Under the pieces are notes generated by a model. The model saw only the letters and a list, made by a program, of their open reading frames with translations, made no database searches and was not told the DNA's origin. Positions 8,988 to 19,116 of a stretch of DNA of 64,000 bases are shown here, in pieces; within the stretch, counting starts at the first letter, position 1, and every line of letters starts with the position of its first letter. Source of the stretch: Candidatus Uhrbacteria bacterium (GTDB lineage: Bacteria; Patescibacteriota; Patescibacteriia; UBA9934; UBA10169); contig JACPJO010000004.1 in assembly GCA_016187485.1 (NCBI GenBank), forward strand, positions 121,349 to 185,348, in the 5' to 3' direction. A program made the position numbers and the translations under genes.

Positions 8988-11021
8988 TTATCGAGAAGCA
9001 AATCCGGGGATTTCCAGTTTGCGACCCTGATACTCTTCTTCGTAAAACTCTACACGGTCACCGGGTTCCGCTTTTACCTTTCCTTTATAGGAAATACCGA
9101 ACTCCTCGCCCGGTTGAACGGACTTCACAACTCTGGCCCCCGTCTTCATTTCAAGCACACTACCTTCTCCGATAATTTCCGTGCCGCGGAACATGCGCAT
9201 CTTGGCTCCGGGTTTCGCCGTCCCGTTTTTGAGACGCCCGCCCACAATCCATCCGTGTTCGATTTTACGAAACGCCGCGAGAACCTCCATATCGCCAAGC
9301 TCGCGGATGACATAGGCGTCCGGAAGCATCTCCTGCAAACGGCGGAGCACATCCTCGACAATTTTATAGATGATTTTCTCTACAAACAGTTCTACTTTTT
9401 TGTCCCGGGCAAATGCTTCCGCCCCCGGCGTAGGCGCGACACCAAACGCATAGACAATCGCATGGGATGCTTCGGCGTTTTGCACATCCGATTCCGTCAC
9501 ATTGCCCAGTCCACGCGACACCACCGTCACCCCCACATCGGGGTGCTCAATACGGTCGAAGAGTCCAAGCAGGGCCTCGAGCGATCCAAGAACATCCGCT
9601 TTCACCAGCACGGGAAGCAGCTTCTTCTCTCCTTGTTCCGTCGTACCGGAGATCTTGGAAGCCGTCATCTCCACAAGCTGGCCGGACCCTGCAGAGTGCT
9701 CAAACTTCTCGCGGCGCAGGATTTTTTCATTCTCCGCCACCTCCATAATATCCCCCACCGACGGCGTCGTCTTCCAACCAAGCACTTTCACAGGTGTTGA
9801 TGGGGGGGCTTCCTTCACCTCAACCATGCGCCAATTTTTCATAGCGCGGACTTTGCCATAGTGGACACCACGGATTCCAAGCACGTCGCCCACGCGAAGC
9901 GTCCCCGACTGCACAAGCACCGTTGCCACCGGCCCCTGCCCCTTATCAATATGCGAGTCAATGATCGTTCCCACAGCCGACGTAGCGGGATTCGCGCTAA
10001 TGGTTTCTTTTTCCATTTCGGCCACAAGCAAAACCATGTCGAGAAGTTTATCGATGTTTGTTCCCTGCTTGGCGGAGAGAGGCACGGTAATCACTTTGCC
10101 GCCCCACTCATCGGGCAAAAGATTACGCTCCGACAATTGCGTAAGCACCCGCTGTACGTCGGCACCCGGCACGTCAATTTTGTTGATCGCGACCACAAAC
10201 GGCATCTTGGCCGCCAGAATGATGTCGAGCGCCTCGATAGTCTGCGGGCGAATGCCATCGTCCGCCGCGATCACCAGAATGGCGATGTCTGCCACCTTGG
10301 CGCCACGCGAGCGCATCACGGTAAACGCTTCGTGGCCCGGGGTATCAATAAACGTGAGGGGAGACTTTCCCCCTTCTTTGCTCTGATACTCCACTTGGTA
10401 AGCGCCGATGTGCTGGGTAATACCGCCAGCTTCGGTCGCTACCACGTCGGTTTTGCGAATCGCGTCCAATAGTTTCGTCTTTCCGTGGTCGACGTGTCCC
10501 ATCACCACGACAACTGGCGAGCGTGCGCTCCCTGCCGCGCGGCTTTCCCGAAGCACTTCTTCCAGATGTTGATGTTCCACCTCTTCGGCCTTCGATGTTT
10601 CGGATGTCGTCGCCTCGCGCGTCGCCTCATAACCAAGATCGCCCGCAAGAATAGCCGCCGTATCAAAGTCAATGTTCTCATTAAGCGAAGCCAAGATGCC
10701 CGCGCGCATAAGTTCTTGCATGACGCGCGCAATGGGAAGTTGCAGACGTTCCGCAAACTCCCGTACCGTAAGCACCGGAGGAAGCGTTACGTTTTTGTCC
10801 TTCACCACTTCTTTGCGTTCCTGCGTTGCTTTTTGCGCCTCCATGCGTTCCTTAAGTCGCTCGCGACGGCGCATCTCGCTCCACGCGTTTTGAATCTGGC
10901 TCGCGATGCGATTGTCCACCTTAATCGCACGGCGTCCAATGCTAAACCCGAGCTCGGGCAGACGGCGGTAGAGCTCTTCGGGCGTAGCATTCAGACGGCG
11001 AGCGAGTTCCGTAATATTCAT
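8988..11021 (-). CDS. infB: Translation initiation factor IF-2
   Basis: GHVDHGKT, EAGGITQHIGAY, DTPGHEAF, NKID, KADVLGSLEA. Confidence 0.97.
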   Translation of the reverse strand: MNITELARRLNATPEELYRRLPELGFSIGRRAIKVDNRIASQIQNAWSEMRRRERLKERMEAQKATQERKEVVKDKNVTLPPVLTVREFAERLQLPIARVMQELMRAGILASLNENIDFDTAAILAGDLGYEATREATTSETSKAEEVEHQHLEEVLRESRAAGSARSPVVVVMGHVDHGKTKLLDAIRKTDVVATEAGGITQHIGAYQVEYQSKEGGKSPLTFIDTPGHEAFTVMRSRGAKVADIAILVIAADDGIRPQTIEALDIILAAKMPFVVAINKIDVPGADVQRVLTQLSERNLLPDEWGGKVITVPLSAKQGTNIDKLLDMVLLVAEMEKETISANPATSAVGTIIDSHIDKGQGPVATVLVQSGTLRVGDVLGIRGVHYGKVRAMKNWRMVEVKEAPPSTPVKVLGWKTTPSVGDIMEVAENEKILRREKFEHSAGSGQLVEMTASKISGTTEQGEKKLLPVLVKADVLGSLEALLGLFDRIEHPDVGVTVVSRGLGNVTESDVQNAEASHAIVYAFGVAPTPGAEAFARDKKVELFVEKIIYKIVEDVLRRLQEMLPDAYVIRELGDMEVLAAFRKIEHGWIVGGRLKNGTAKPGAKMRMFRGTEIIGEGSVLEMKTGARVVKSVQPGEEFGISYKGKVKAEPGDRVEFYEEEYQGRKLEIPGFASR

Positions 11022-11081
11022 GTGCGCGAAGAATAGCCAAAATTTGCGGTGCGGTCAACCCTCCGGTATCCTGACCACGTT

Positions 11082-11741
11082 ATGCTTCCGCAAGGAATCC
11101 TCCTCATCGACAAGCCCGCAGGAATGACGTCGCACGACGTGATTGACGTCCTGCGGCGCCAAACAGGCGAGCGGCGCATTGGGCATGCCGGTACGCTCGA
11201 TCCCTTTGCCACGGGTCTTTTGATCGTGGCCGTAGGACGCGAGACCACAAAAACGCTTTCCGCGTACGTTGGGCTCGACAAAGAGTACGAGGCGGAAATC
11301 ATTCTCGGCGCGCGCTCGCAGACGCTTGATCCTGAAGGCCCCGTGGAAGTGCTTGGCGCCCCCTCCCTCTCTTCAGCACAGATCGAAACAGCTTTGCAGT
11401 CTCTGACGGGCAACCTTGCGCAAGTTCCGCCAATGTACTCGGCAATCAAAATAGGGGGAAAGAAACTCTACGAGCTCGCGCGCGTCGGAAAAGAAATCGA
11501 GCGCAAGCCACGCGCCGTGCACGTAAAAACATTTGTTCTTCTCTCTCCTCCCCTCGCTCTCAAAGACGGCACGACCAAACTTCACGTCTGTATAGAGTGT
11601 AGCAGCGGCACCTATATTCGCGCCCTTGCCCGAGACCTCGGGCACGCGCTGGGGACCGAGGCCTACGTATCCGTCCTCCGGCGCACGCGCATTGGGCCGT
11701 ATATGGCAAGGGATGCCCACCCCGTTGACGCAGCAAGGTAG
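11082..11741 (+). CDS. truB: tRNA pseudouridine(55) synthase (no C-terminal PUA domain)
   Basis: DKPAGMTSHD, GHAGTLDPFATG, QVPPMYSAIK, CSSGTYIRALARDLG. Confidence 0.96.
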   Translation: MLPQGILLIDKPAGMTSHDVIDVLRRQTGERRIGHAGTLDPFATGLLIVAVGRETTKTLSAYVGLDKEYEAEIILGARSQTLDPEGPVEVLGAPSLSSAQIETALQSLTGNLAQVPPMYSAIKIGGKKLYELARVGKEIERKPRAVHVKTFVLLSPPLALKDGTTKLHVCIECSSGTYIRALARDLGHALGTEAYVSVLRRTRIGPYMARDAHPVDAAR

Positions 11742-11754
11742 CTTTTGGTATCAT
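11725..11754 (+). promoter_or_regulatory. Sigma70-type promoter for rny
   Basis: TTGACG-18 nt-TATCAT with TG at the extended -10 position. Confidence 0.55.
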
Positions 11755-11913
11755 CCGGCTGTAATTCTTGATGTTTTTTGGAGCCTGTTCGCTTGTTGAA
11801 GACTGCTTCAGACGCTATGATTTCTCTCGCTTTCTCCCCGTGGAACACTCTGTCCCTTTCGTGATTGCGGGCCTGCGCCTTGTGTCTTTTGCGTGCGAAC
11901 ACTCCGTGTTCGT

Positions 11914-13464
11914 ATGTCCCCACAAATTATTGGATCTGTCGTTATCGCCCTTCTTGCCGGAGGGGTAGTTGGGTTTTTCCTCCGGCGTGTCACAGCCGGT
12001 AAAAAAATCGCTACCGCCGAAGCGCAGGCCGAGAAAATCCTGGCGGACGTAAAAGTGCGCGAGCAAGAAGCGCTCATCAAAGCACGCGAGAAGGCTCTCG
12101 CGATTATTGATGAGGGAAAAAAGGACGAAGCACGCCGTCGAAGTGAGATTACCGAATTGCAATCTCGTTTGGAAAAACGCGAAGCTTCGTTCGATCAAAA
12201 ACTCACCGAGCTTGACCGCAAATCCACCGCGCTTGAAGACAACAAACATCGATTAGACGAGGAGACAAAACGATTGGAGGAAACACGAGGAGAGATCGAG
12301 CGCGTGAAAGCCGAGGAGGTGGCAAAGCTCCAAGAGGTTTCCGGACTGACGAAGGAAGAGGCTATTGCACGGCTCGAGCAATCCGTGCAGGCAGAGTACA
12401 GCAATGCTCTCGCAAGCCGTCTGCGAAAACTCGAACAAGTAAACGAAGAGGAGATCGAGGCGAAAAGCCGGCAGATTCTGTCGTTGGCTATCACGCGATT
12501 CGCCGCTGGCCAGTCGGTGGACACTACAACGTCAAGCGTGGAACTTCCTTCGGATGAAATGAAAGGACGCATTATCGGTAAAGAGGGGCGCAACATTAAA
12601 ACCGTTGAACTCATGACGGGCACCGAAATCATCGTGGACGAGACGCCCAACATGATCACCATCTCTTGTTTCTCTCCTATCCGCCGGCAGGTCGCCAAAC
12701 TTGCGCTTGAGGAACTCATCAAGGACGGCCGTATTCAACCGGCACGCATTGAGGAGGCCGTGAAAAACGCAAAGCAGACGCTCTCAAAGGAAATCCGCAA
12801 AGCAGGCGAAGAAGCTCTGGTCGAACTTGGTATTCCCGTCTCCTCCATTGATCCAAAGCTGGTACAGATTCTTGGACGCATGAAATTCCGGACCAGCTAC
12901 GGCCAGAATGCGCTTCAACACTCCATAGAAGTTGCCACTCTTGCAGGTCTGATGGGAGCGGAGCTCGGCGCCGATGTGTTCAACTGCAAAAAGGGCGGGC
13001 TCTTTCACGACATCGGCAAAGCGGTGGATCATGATATGCAGGGAGCACACCCCGAGATTGGTTATAACATATTGAAAAAGTTCGGTTGGCCCGAAGAGCT
13101 TTGCTATCAATCGATCGCGCATCACGAGGATCGCCCGCGCACCATCGAGGGCGCCATCGTAAAGGCGGCAGACGCGATTTCGGGAGCGAGACCCGGCGCG
13201 CGCAAGAATTCGCTGGAACAATTTATCCAGCGTATGGAAGCACTCGAGAAAACCGCTTCCTCATTTGACGGCGTGGAGAAAGTCTACGCCATCCAAGCGG
13301 GGCGCGAAGTGCGTGTGTTCGTGGAGCCGAAGCTCATTGACGACTTAACCGCCTTCCGTCTTGCAAGCGACATCGCTAAAAAGATCGAGGCAGAACTGCA
13401 ATATCCCGGCGAGGTGAAAATCACCCTGATCCGCGAAACGCGCGTCGTTGAGTACGCCCGGTAG
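11914..13464 (+). CDS. rny: Ribonuclease Y
   Basis: N-terminal TM helix, coiled coil, KH domain (MKGRIIGKEGRNI), HD domain (HDIGK), ADAISGARPGAR. Confidence 0.97.
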   Translation: MSPQIIGSVVIALLAGGVVGFFLRRVTAGKKIATAEAQAEKILADVKVREQEALIKAREKALAIIDEGKKDEARRRSEITELQSRLEKREASFDQKLTELDRKSTALEDNKHRLDEETKRLEETRGEIERVKAEEVAKLQEVSGLTKEEAIARLEQSVQAEYSNALASRLRKLEQVNEEEIEAKSRQILSLAITRFAAGQSVDTTTSSVELPSDEMKGRIIGKEGRNIKTVELMTGTEIIVDETPNMITISCFSPIRRQVAKLALEELIKDGRIQPARIEEAVKNAKQTLSKEIRKAGEEALVELGIPVSSIDPKLVQILGRMKFRTSYGQNALQHSIEVATLAGLMGAELGADVFNCKKGGLFHDIGKAVDHDMQGAHPEIGYNILKKFGWPEELCYQSIAHHEDRPRTIEGAIVKAADAISGARPGARKNSLEQFIQRMEALEKTASSFDGVEKVYAIQAGREVRVFVEPKLIDDLTAFRLASDIAKKIEAELQYPGEVKITLIRETRVVEYAR

Positions 13465-13467
13465 TGT

Positions 13468-14265
13468 ATGACGATCCTCGTCTTTGGGGACGTCGTGGGA
13501 AAAATTGGCCGCGAAGCGGTTCGTCTTGTTCTTCCCAAGTGGCGTGAGCACTATACCCCCGCGCTGATTCTGGCTAATGCAGAAAACCTCGCCCACGGGG
13601 CGGGCATCACCACAAAAACAGTGCGTGAAATGCACGACATGGGTATAAACGTGCTCACAGGGGGGAACCACCTCTGGGATAAACCGGCTTATGCGGACGT
13701 GTTTGCCGATCCAGAACTTTCACCCATGTTCGTCCGGCCCCTGAACGAAGTCCGCACCGTGCCGGGAGTTGGCGCACGTCTCGTGGAGCGCGGAGAGACA
13801 TCCTTTGCTATTCTCAACTTGATGGGACAAGCTTTTTTCAAAGACGCATACCCCTCGCCGTTTGCGGCTGTTGATGAAGCTCTCGAAAAGATTCCCCCCG
13901 AAGCTATCGTGCTTGTAGACGTCCACGCAGAGGCCACCTCGGAAAAAGCGCTTCTTGGAAAATACCTCGATGGACGTGCAACAGCCGTCTGGGGTACGCA
14001 TACACACGTACCTTCTGCCGACCAACGCCTTCTCCCGCGGGGTACAGCCTTTGCGACCGACGTGGGGATGAGCGGGGCCCATAACGAGTCTATCGGTATC
14101 CGGTACGACTTGGCTCTCGCGCTCATGAAGGACAAGAAAAAATCCCAGCTTGTTCCCCCGGAAAATGGCCCGGCCGAGGTAAATGCTCTGCTGGTTACCC
14201 TCGATGAAACGAGCAGGCGCGCCAAAGATATTCTCCGTCTACGGGAGATTGTCGAGATTCCTTAA
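13468..14265 (+). CDS. ymdB: YmdB-family metallophosphoesterase
   Basis: GDVVGKIGR, NAEN, GNH, DVHAEATSEK, GTHTHV; conserved position after rny. Confidence 0.93.
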   Translation: MTILVFGDVVGKIGREAVRLVLPKWREHYTPALILANAENLAHGAGITTKTVREMHDMGINVLTGGNHLWDKPAYADVFADPELSPMFVRPLNEVRTVPGVGARLVERGETSFAILNLMGQAFFKDAYPSPFAAVDEALEKIPPEAIVLVDVHAEATSEKALLGKYLDGRATAVWGTHTHVPSADQRLLPRGTAFATDVGMSGAHNESIGIRYDLALALMKDKKKSQLVPPENGPAEVNALLVTLDETSRRAKDILRLREIVEIP

Positions 14266-14298
14266 GTGAGCTATACTTGGGCAAAATAATGACTATTT

Positions 14299-14664
14299 AT
14301 GAACAAAGCCGAACTCGCCATGAAGATCGCCGAGCGCCTCAATATCCAAAAGAAACAGGCAGAGGATTTCATCGAAGCTTTTGAGGCTATTACCACGGCT
14401 ACGCTCGCAGAAGGAGGCGAGGTGACTATTGCCGGATTCGGCACGTTCAGCGCACGCACGCGCGCGGGACGCATTGGCGTCAACCCACAAGACCCCAAAG
14501 AACAAATTACGATTCCTCCCGTGTTTGTTCCAAAGTTTAAAGCAGGCAAGGCCCTTAAGGACACATTAAAAGCCGCGGGGAAATCCCGCGGGATCGGTTC
14601 AGCCTCTGCCCCTCTCCCTACTCCTCCTTCGGGCGGAGCGTCGGGAACGCCATCACCTCTTTGA
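14299..14664 (+). CDS. hup: HU DNA-binding protein with C-terminal extension
   Basis: MNKAEL, IAGFGTF, GVNPQ, VPKFKAGKALKD; 3' end overlaps the convergent lysS. Confidence 0.93.
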   Translation: MNKAELAMKIAERLNIQKKQAEDFIEAFEAITTATLAEGGEVTIAGFGTFSARTRAGRIGVNPQDPKEQITIPPVFVPKFKAGKALKDTLKAAGKSRGIGSASAPLPTPPSGGASGTPSPL

Positions 14665-16093
14665 TGTTTTTGGCACCCGTAAGCAACATGACCATGCGGT
14701 CGAAGCCAATGCCAAGCCCGCACGTGGGCGGGAATCCGTGTTTGATTGCTTCTAGATAATCCTCGTCGGTTTGGTGGGCTTCGTCGAAGCCTGCCTCTTC
14801 TTTTTTCTTTTCCTCTACAAATCTCTGCCAAAGATCCTGCGGATCATTTAACTCCGTATAGTTGTTGCCAACTTCCATCCCAAGCGCAAACGCCTCGAAG
14901 CGCTGCACAAACCGAGGATCTTCACAGCGCTTTGCAAGCGGAGATGTCTCCACGGGATAATCATAAACGATTGTGGGTTGGATAAGCTGCTCCTCCACTT
15001 GGTCTTCAAACAACAGCCCGATCACTTCTCCGATACGGTGAAGCTTATCCAACTCTGCACGCCCTTTTTCTGTAAGACATTTACGCGCAGATGCTTTTGC
15101 GAGATCCACTTCGTTCCAGCCAAGCACATCTTCGCCTGTCACCGCGTGAATGGCTTCCACCATCGTCATGCGCTTCCACGGACGCGCCACAGAAATCACA
15201 GCCTCTTCGTGCACGATGTCGGTTGTGCCAAGCGCGCGCTTGGCAGATTCTTCAAACAACCGCTCAAAGATGTCCATGCCCCACCGGTAATCTTTGTATG
15301 CAGCCTGCGCTTCAAACATGGTGAACTCCGGATTGTGATCGCGGTCGATCCCTTCATTGCGGAACACTTTCGTAATTTCGTAGACTTTTTCAAAACCGCC
15401 AACAATCAGACGTTTCAAATACATCTCGTCGGAGATGCGCAGATAAAAGTCCGCGCCAAGTGCGTTATGATGCGTTGTAAACGGACGGGCAAATCCGCCC
15501 CCATAGATCGGTTGCAGCGTGGGCGTCTCGACATCCAAAAAACCCTCCTCTTCCAGAACATTTCGCAGGGCCCTCATAATAGCCGCGCGCTTGCGGATAT
15601 AATCCTTCGCGAGAGGATTGGTGAGAAAATCCAAATAACGCTGGCGCATACGCGCTTCGGGATCGGCAAGACCATGCCACTTTTCCGGAAGCGGAAGGAG
15701 GGCCTTTGCAAGCATGCGAGAGAGCGTGACGGAGATCGTCATTTCTGCTGTTTTCGTCTTAAAAAGTGTGCCCGTTACTTCAATAAAATCCCCCATCGTA
15801 AAAAATTGATGGAACTGATCGTAGGCCACCTCGCCCACCACGTCCCGTTTGAGCGCAAACTGGATGCGCCCCGTCTCGTCTTCCACATGCCCAAAAGTAA
15901 GGCCGCCATGCTTGCGGATAAGCCGCACGCGCCCCGCCACCGTCACTGCTTGCCCGCGCAAGGAAAGTCCATCGAAGTCCAGAAGAACAGACCCGATCGT
16001 ATGCGTGCGAAAAACCTCCGCTGGGTACGGATCCATGCCTGCCGCACGCATGATCGCTACGCGCTCAATATTGTCATGTTCTTCCTGAATCAT
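14618..16093 (-). CDS. lysS: Lysine--tRNA ligase (class II)
   Basis: OB anticodon domain, PLPEKWHGL, FRNEGID..HNPEFT, GFPPTCGLGIGFDR. Confidence 0.97.
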   Translation of the reverse strand: MIQEEHDNIERVAIMRAAGMDPYPAEVFRTHTIGSVLLDFDGLSLRGQAVTVAGRVRLIRKHGGLTFGHVEDETGRIQFALKRDVVGEVAYDQFHQFFTMGDFIEVTGTLFKTKTAEMTISVTLSRMLAKALLPLPEKWHGLADPEARMRQRYLDFLTNPLAKDYIRKRAAIMRALRNVLEEEGFLDVETPTLQPIYGGGFARPFTTHHNALGADFYLRISDEMYLKRLIVGGFEKVYEITKVFRNEGIDRDHNPEFTMFEAQAAYKDYRWGMDIFERLFEESAKRALGTTDIVHEEAVISVARPWKRMTMVEAIHAVTGEDVLGWNEVDLAKASARKCLTEKGRAELDKLHRIGEVIGLLFEDQVEEQLIQPTIVYDYPVETSPLAKRCEDPRFVQRFEAFALGMEVGNNYTELNDPQDLWQRFVEEKKKEEAGFDEAHQTDEDYLEAIKHGFPPTCGLGIGFDRMVMLLTGAKNIKEVMAFPTLRPKEE

Positions 16094-17349
16094 ACCTCGC
16101 GTAAAAATGTTTGGATGTCTTCAAGAACATCATCGAGCCGCACCATCTGCGCCTCTTCTGCCATACGACGTTTCCACTCAACCGACTGCTCTTTCATGGT
16201 GCGCTCTGAAAGCACCAGGCGCAGGGGCAGCCCAATCAAATCGGCATCGGCAAATTTTTCTCCCGCTGAAAGATCGGCACGATCATCCCACAAAACCTCG
16301 ATCCCTTGCTTCTCCAGCTCATCATGAAGCGATGCCGCCGTCACCTCAAGCTCTTCGGCAAGGACAGGGTCTTTCGCCCGTAAACTTACCAGATGCACGT
16401 GGAACGGCGACACGGACTTTGGCCAACACATGCCGCGCTCGTCATGATGCACCTCTACAATGGAGCCCAGAACACGCGACGGACCAATGCCGTAACAACC
16501 CATAAGCACAGGGAGCATTTTACCGTCCGGTCCTGCCACCTGAAATCCACACGCGTCAGAAAATCGCGTCTTCAGAGGAAAAATATTTCCCACCTCGATA
16601 CATTTTTGGATGTCGTACTTTTTTGTATTCTCCCAATCTGCCTCTGGCACAATTTCGCGGTTGAATGCCTCACCTGTTTGCCGATCAATGTATACGTGGT
16701 CCTCCCCCGCGGGCGTAAGGACTTGAAATTCGTGCGAGTGTTTGGAGAACACGCCGCCGGATGCCGCCACCACGAGCGCAGAGAGACCGCAGTGTTGGAA
16801 GACGCGCATATACGCCTGCTTTGCTTTCTCATAGAAGGCCATCAAGTCTTCCTCGGTGAGATGAAAACTGTACAAATCCTTCATGGAAAACTCGCGACCG
16901 CGAAGCAGACCGGATTTCGCGCGCGGTTCGTTACGGAATTTATCCTGAATTTGGTAGAGCGCAAGCGGCAAGTCCTTATACGACCGCACGTATTCCTTCG
17001 CAAGTGGCGTAATGACCTCCTCGGCCGTGGAGCTTAACGCATATTCTTTTCCGCCGGCACCCTCCAGCTTGAAAAGCACGTCAATAGTGTCCCACCGTCC
17101 CGTCGCGTCATAAAGCGCTTTGGGATGGAGGGCTGGCATCAACACTTCCTGCGCACCAAGCGCATTCATTTCTTCGCGCACAATGCGTTTCACCTTTTCG
17201 AGGACACGAAGTCCAAGCGGCAGATACGTATAGATACCTGCGGCAAGCTGATTCACGAATCCGCCTTGAAGAAGAAGCCGCGCGTTGGTGGAGTCCGCGT
17301 CTGCCGGAGCCATCTTGTTGGTTTTACCGAACATCTGAGAGTAACGCAT
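16090..17349 (-). CDS. proS: Proline--tRNA ligase, short form lacking the INS editing domain
   Basis: KFRNEPRAKSGLLRGREFSMKDLYSFH, EVGNIF, MGCYGIG; start set at ATG 17349. Confidence 0.95.
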   Translation of the reverse strand: MRYSQMFGKTNKMAPADADSTNARLLLQGGFVNQLAAGIYTYLPLGLRVLEKVKRIVREEMNALGAQEVLMPALHPKALYDATGRWDTIDVLFKLEGAGGKEYALSSTAEEVITPLAKEYVRSYKDLPLALYQIQDKFRNEPRAKSGLLRGREFSMKDLYSFHLTEEDLMAFYEKAKQAYMRVFQHCGLSALVVAASGGVFSKHSHEFQVLTPAGEDHVYIDRQTGEAFNREIVPEADWENTKKYDIQKCIEVGNIFPLKTRFSDACGFQVAGPDGKMLPVLMGCYGIGPSRVLGSIVEVHHDERGMCWPKSVSPFHVHLVSLRAKDPVLAEELEVTAASLHDELEKQGIEVLWDDRADLSAGEKFADADLIGLPLRLVLSERTMKEQSVEWKRRMAEEAQMVRLDDVLEDIQTFLREV

Positions 17350-17492
17350 AACAGGCACTATGGTACTGTTTTCACTCCGTTTACGCAACGACTCCCCGTC
17401 CTCACGCTCCCCTTCGGCGAGTGCCACTAAAATACGAAACCACGTCATAGGACGTGGTGAGTACTGACCTCCGCAACCAGATAGGTTGGGGA

Positions 17493-17855
17493 TCAGAAGG
17501 TGAAGAACTGCGGAACGCTGTGCCAGGCCGTCTGGCGCTTTGGAGAAAGTTGGCTTTGCGCAAAGAGCATCATCGTCTCGATGGACCTGACCCGCATGGC
17601 CACACCGAAGCCTTCAAGCACCTTGAGACCCGCTCCCGTGAGTGCCAGGCTCTTTGTCTCTGGATCGCTTTCCCAGATCTCAGGATTCGTGTAGTCCCAG
17701 CGCTCCCCGTCGAAGAGGGCGTCACACTCCCCGGCCGCATCTTCGACGGCGACAACCCCCGGCGCGAGTTCCGCCATGCGGGTGGGAGCGTACTGCGGAA
17801 GCTGACGAGCAACTTTCCGGTAGTACTGGATGGCCTTCTGCCGCATCGTATCCAT
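17493..17855 (-). CDS. Hypothetical protein (120 aa)
   Basis: ATG 17855 behind an SD-like AAGGGAG; the longer ORF-track start runs through hairpins and is unlikely. Confidence 0.6.
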   Translation of the reverse strand: MDTMRQKAIQYYRKVARQLPQYAPTRMAELAPGVVAVEDAAGECDALFDGERWDYTNPEIWESDPETKSLALTGAGLKVLEGFGVAMRVRSIETMMLFAQSQLSPKRQTAWHSVPQFFTF

Positions 17856-18147
17856 TGCTCCGTCTCCCTTCTTGGTGGAAAAAACGTATCCAAAACCCCC
17901 TGGCTCTGGACGTTCGCTACAGTAGCGTGCCGGTAGATAAAAATCAAAGGCGACTTCTTTTGACACAAAAGAAAGGCGGCACACTCCATTTTCTGAAGTT
18001 GTGCCGTCGACGCCTACTGGCTGATGAGATGAAGGAACGTGTCCGGCCTCCGAAATAGTGATGTCTGGTGCAGTATTCTTGAATTGGTCCGAACGCATTT
18101 CGCCGTCTGCGACGTTTCGCAAACCTGACCGCTCGGGTGCTGCCGAG

Positions 18148-18170
18148 AAAGAAAAGTCCCGCCTGGGACT
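18148..18170 (-). terminator. Intrinsic terminator after the zinc-finger repeat gene
   Basis: AGTCCC-AGGC-GGGACT followed by TTTCTTT on the minus strand. Confidence 0.6.
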
Positions 18171-18183
18171 GAAGAAAAAATCC

Positions 18184-19074
18184 CTAGACGGGGCGAGCGG
18201 CCATATTGGCGTGCCGTTGACGTTGGTAGCAACTGGAGCAGATGGCCTTGCCGGTCTCGTTGCGAACCTGCACCGGTTTGACCTCACCACACGTGAAACA
18301 CTTCTCGTGCGTGGAGGGGTCTCGATAACGAGCTTTGTGATAGCAGTTCAGACAGATGGCTTCGCCGGTCTCGTTGCGAACCTCCACTCGTTTGACCTCG
18401 CCACACATGAAACACTTCTCGTGCCTGGAGGGGTCTTTGCGATAGCAGCTCGGACAGACGGCCCTGCCGATCTCGTTGCGAACCTCCACTCGTTTGACCT
18501 CGCCACACGCGAAACACTTCTCGTGCCTGGAAGGGTCTTTGCGATAGCAGTTCGGACAGATGGCTTCGCCGGTCTCGTTGCGAACCTGCACTCGTTTGAC
18601 CTCGTCACACACGAAACACTTCTCGTGCGTGGAGGGGTCTCGATAACGAGCCGTCTGATTGCAGTTCGGACAGATGGCTCCGCCGGTCTCGTTGCGCGCA
18701 GCCACCGGTTTGACCTCTCCACATTCCGAGCACTTCTCGTGAGTAGAAGGGTCGTGGTAGCGAGCCCTCTGATAGCAGTTCAGACAGATGGCCTCGCCGG
18801 TCTCGTTGTGCATTGTCAGCGGTTTGACCTCGCCACACGTGAAACACTCCCCGCACCTGGAAGGGTCTTTGCGATAGCAGTTCGAACAGGTGGCTTTGCC
18901 GGTCTCGTTGCGCGCAGCTATCGGTTTGACCTCGCCACACATGAAACACTTCTCGTGAGTAGAAGGATCGTGGTAGCGAGCCCACTGATAGCAGTTCAGA
19001 CAGATGGCTTTGCCGATCTTACGGTTTTTACGGACAGTCCTGTGCCGTCCGCAGGTATCACAAACACCTTTCAC
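18184..19074 (-). CDS. Tandem C4 zinc-finger repeat protein (8 x CxxC-x16-CxxC)
   Basis: GTG start behind AAAGGAGGT; eight 34- or 38-aa repeats; DNA unit spacing 114,102,102,114,114,102 bp. Confidence 0.88.
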   Translation of the reverse strand: MKGVCDTCGRHRTVRKNRKIGKAICLNCYQWARYHDPSTHEKCFMCGEVKPIAARNETGKATCSNCYRKDPSRCGECFTCGEVKPLTMHNETGEAICLNCYQRARYHDPSTHEKCSECGEVKPVAARNETGGAICPNCNQTARYRDPSTHEKCFVCDEVKRVQVRNETGEAICPNCYRKDPSRHEKCFACGEVKRVEVRNEIGRAVCPSCYRKDPSRHEKCFMCGEVKRVEVRNETGEAICLNCYHKARYRDPSTHEKCFTCGEVKPVQVRNETGKAICSSCYQRQRHANMAARPV

Positions 19075-19116
19075 GGCTGCACCTCCTTTCGGTTTGGATC
19101 CTGGAAAAGAGCAGAC

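Noticed and set aside
18015-18095. Hammerhead-like CTGATGAG...CGAAA
   Set aside because: Stems I and II cannot be paired properly around the core.
18184-19074. 102/114-bp repeats as a CRISPR array or DGR template/variable repeats
   Set aside because: Units are similar along their whole length, have no unique spacers and keep one reading frame. No cas1 or reverse transcriptase is nearby.
18184-19074. Multiheme cytochrome c
   Set aside because: Motifs are CxxCG/D and CxxCY/N, never CxxCH, and there is no signal peptide.
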